Below, piece by piece: positions 53,635 to 54,243 of a DNA stretch of 54,243 nt; positions within the stretch are counted from its first letter, which is position 1, and each line of letters begins with the position of its first letter. This DNA is from Myxococcales bacterium (GTDB lineage: Bacteria > Myxococcota_A > Bradymonadia > UBA7976 > UBA1532): NCBI GenBank assembly GCA_947488215.1, contig CANLBD010000001.1, positions 1-54,243 on the forward strand, given 5' to 3'. Made by a program: the position numbers and the translations under genes. A model generated the notes under the pieces. It made no database searches. It worked only from the letters and a program-made list of their open reading frames with translations, and was not told the DNA's origin.

Positions 53635-54231
53635 ATGAACCGACTCCTGCTCGCGAGCACCTCTCCTTTCCGCGCCGCCCTCCTCCGCCGCTTGGGCTTG
53701 CCGTTCGATACGGCCGCCCCGGACTTCGACGAGTGCGACTTGGGGCCCTTCGGCCCCCCCGACATCGCCTTGGCCTTCGCCGAGGGTAAGGCCCGCAGCT
53801 TAGCCGCGACCGCCAGAGCGCGGGGCGCGCTGGTCGTCGGCGCGGACCAGGTCTGCGCGTTTGGCGACGAGGTCCTGCGCAAGGCGGAGACGCCGGATGA
53901 GGCCGCCGCACAGCTCAAGCGTCTCCAGGGCAAGCGCCACACGCTCTTCACGGGCGTCTACGTGCTTGACCCGGTCACGGCGCGCGGGGCCGGCGAGATC
54001 GTGTCGGTCCACATGACGATGCGGTCGCTCAGCGACGACCAGATTCAACGGTACGTCGAGCTCGACACCCCCCGCGGAACCTGCGGCGGCTACACGTTTG
54101 AGGGCCTGGGGTTGACCCTGTTCGAGCGCGTCGAGACGACGGCCGGCGTCGACGACTCGGCCATCATTGGACTGCCCTTGCTCACGCTCGCGGGCCTACT
54201 GCGGCGATTCGGGGTCGACCCGCTCGCGTAA
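53635..54231 (+). CDS. maf: Maf-like nucleoside triphosphate pyrophosphatase (YceF-like subfamily)
   Basis: LLLASTSPFRAALLRRLGLPFD...PDFDE, VVGADQV, KA....EA...L..L.GK.H.L.TGV, GGYTFEGLG...IGLPL. Confidence 0.9.
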   Translation: MNRLLLASTSPFRAALLRRLGLPFDTAAPDFDECDLGPFGPPDIALAFAEGKARSLAATARARGALVVGADQVCAFGDEVLRKAETPDEAAAQLKRLQGKRHTLFTGVYVLDPVTARGAGEIVSVHMTMRSLSDDQIQRYVELDTPRGTCGGYTFEGLGLTLFERVETTAGVDDSAIIGLPLLTLAGLLRRFGVDPLA

Positions 54232-54243
54232 CGTCGAGTAAGG

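Overview
High-GC (by eye about 68-70 %) chromosomal window with about 44 protein genes, tightly packed and often joined by 4-nt start/stop overlaps. I found no rRNA, tRNA, CRISPR array, transposase or integrase. Most of the window is housekeeping. On the minus strand this includes a partial ALDH, a UDG-like gene, coaB, udk plus a Nudix gene, nadD, mtnP, rlmN, ndk, sucCD, icd and fusA. On the plus strand it includes a ClpA-type ATPase, rsmJ, rsgA, a MoxR/VWA pair and maf. A MYXO-CTERM-type sorting tail, many lipobox proteins and a mitochondrial-EFG1-like EF-G suggest a Myxococcota/Bradymonadia-like organism; this is inference only.

The accessory-looking parts are:
- 27.7-31.9 kb: three tandem lipoproteins. 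Two of them carry four paralogous CxxCH...MP (PSCyt1-like) domains, strung between twelve Cys4/Asp-rich repeats.
- 35.9-42.7 kb: a Cys-rich S8 protease with a MYXO-CTERM tail, convergent with and overlapping a 1.28k-aa TPR/transglutaminase lipoprotein.
- 42.7-50.4 kb: an SDR-esterase-giant lipoprotein operon. The 1918-aa product has Big_2 x7, PKD and a duplicated beta-helix module.
- Isolated flagellar genes (flagellin, fliN) embedded among housekeeping genes.
- A tightly coupled sensor / DUF1343 / NadD-fusion / pseudo-receiver operon.

All calls come from by-eye motif recognition on the supplied translations. No database search was run, and most start codons are uncertain by tens of nucleotides.
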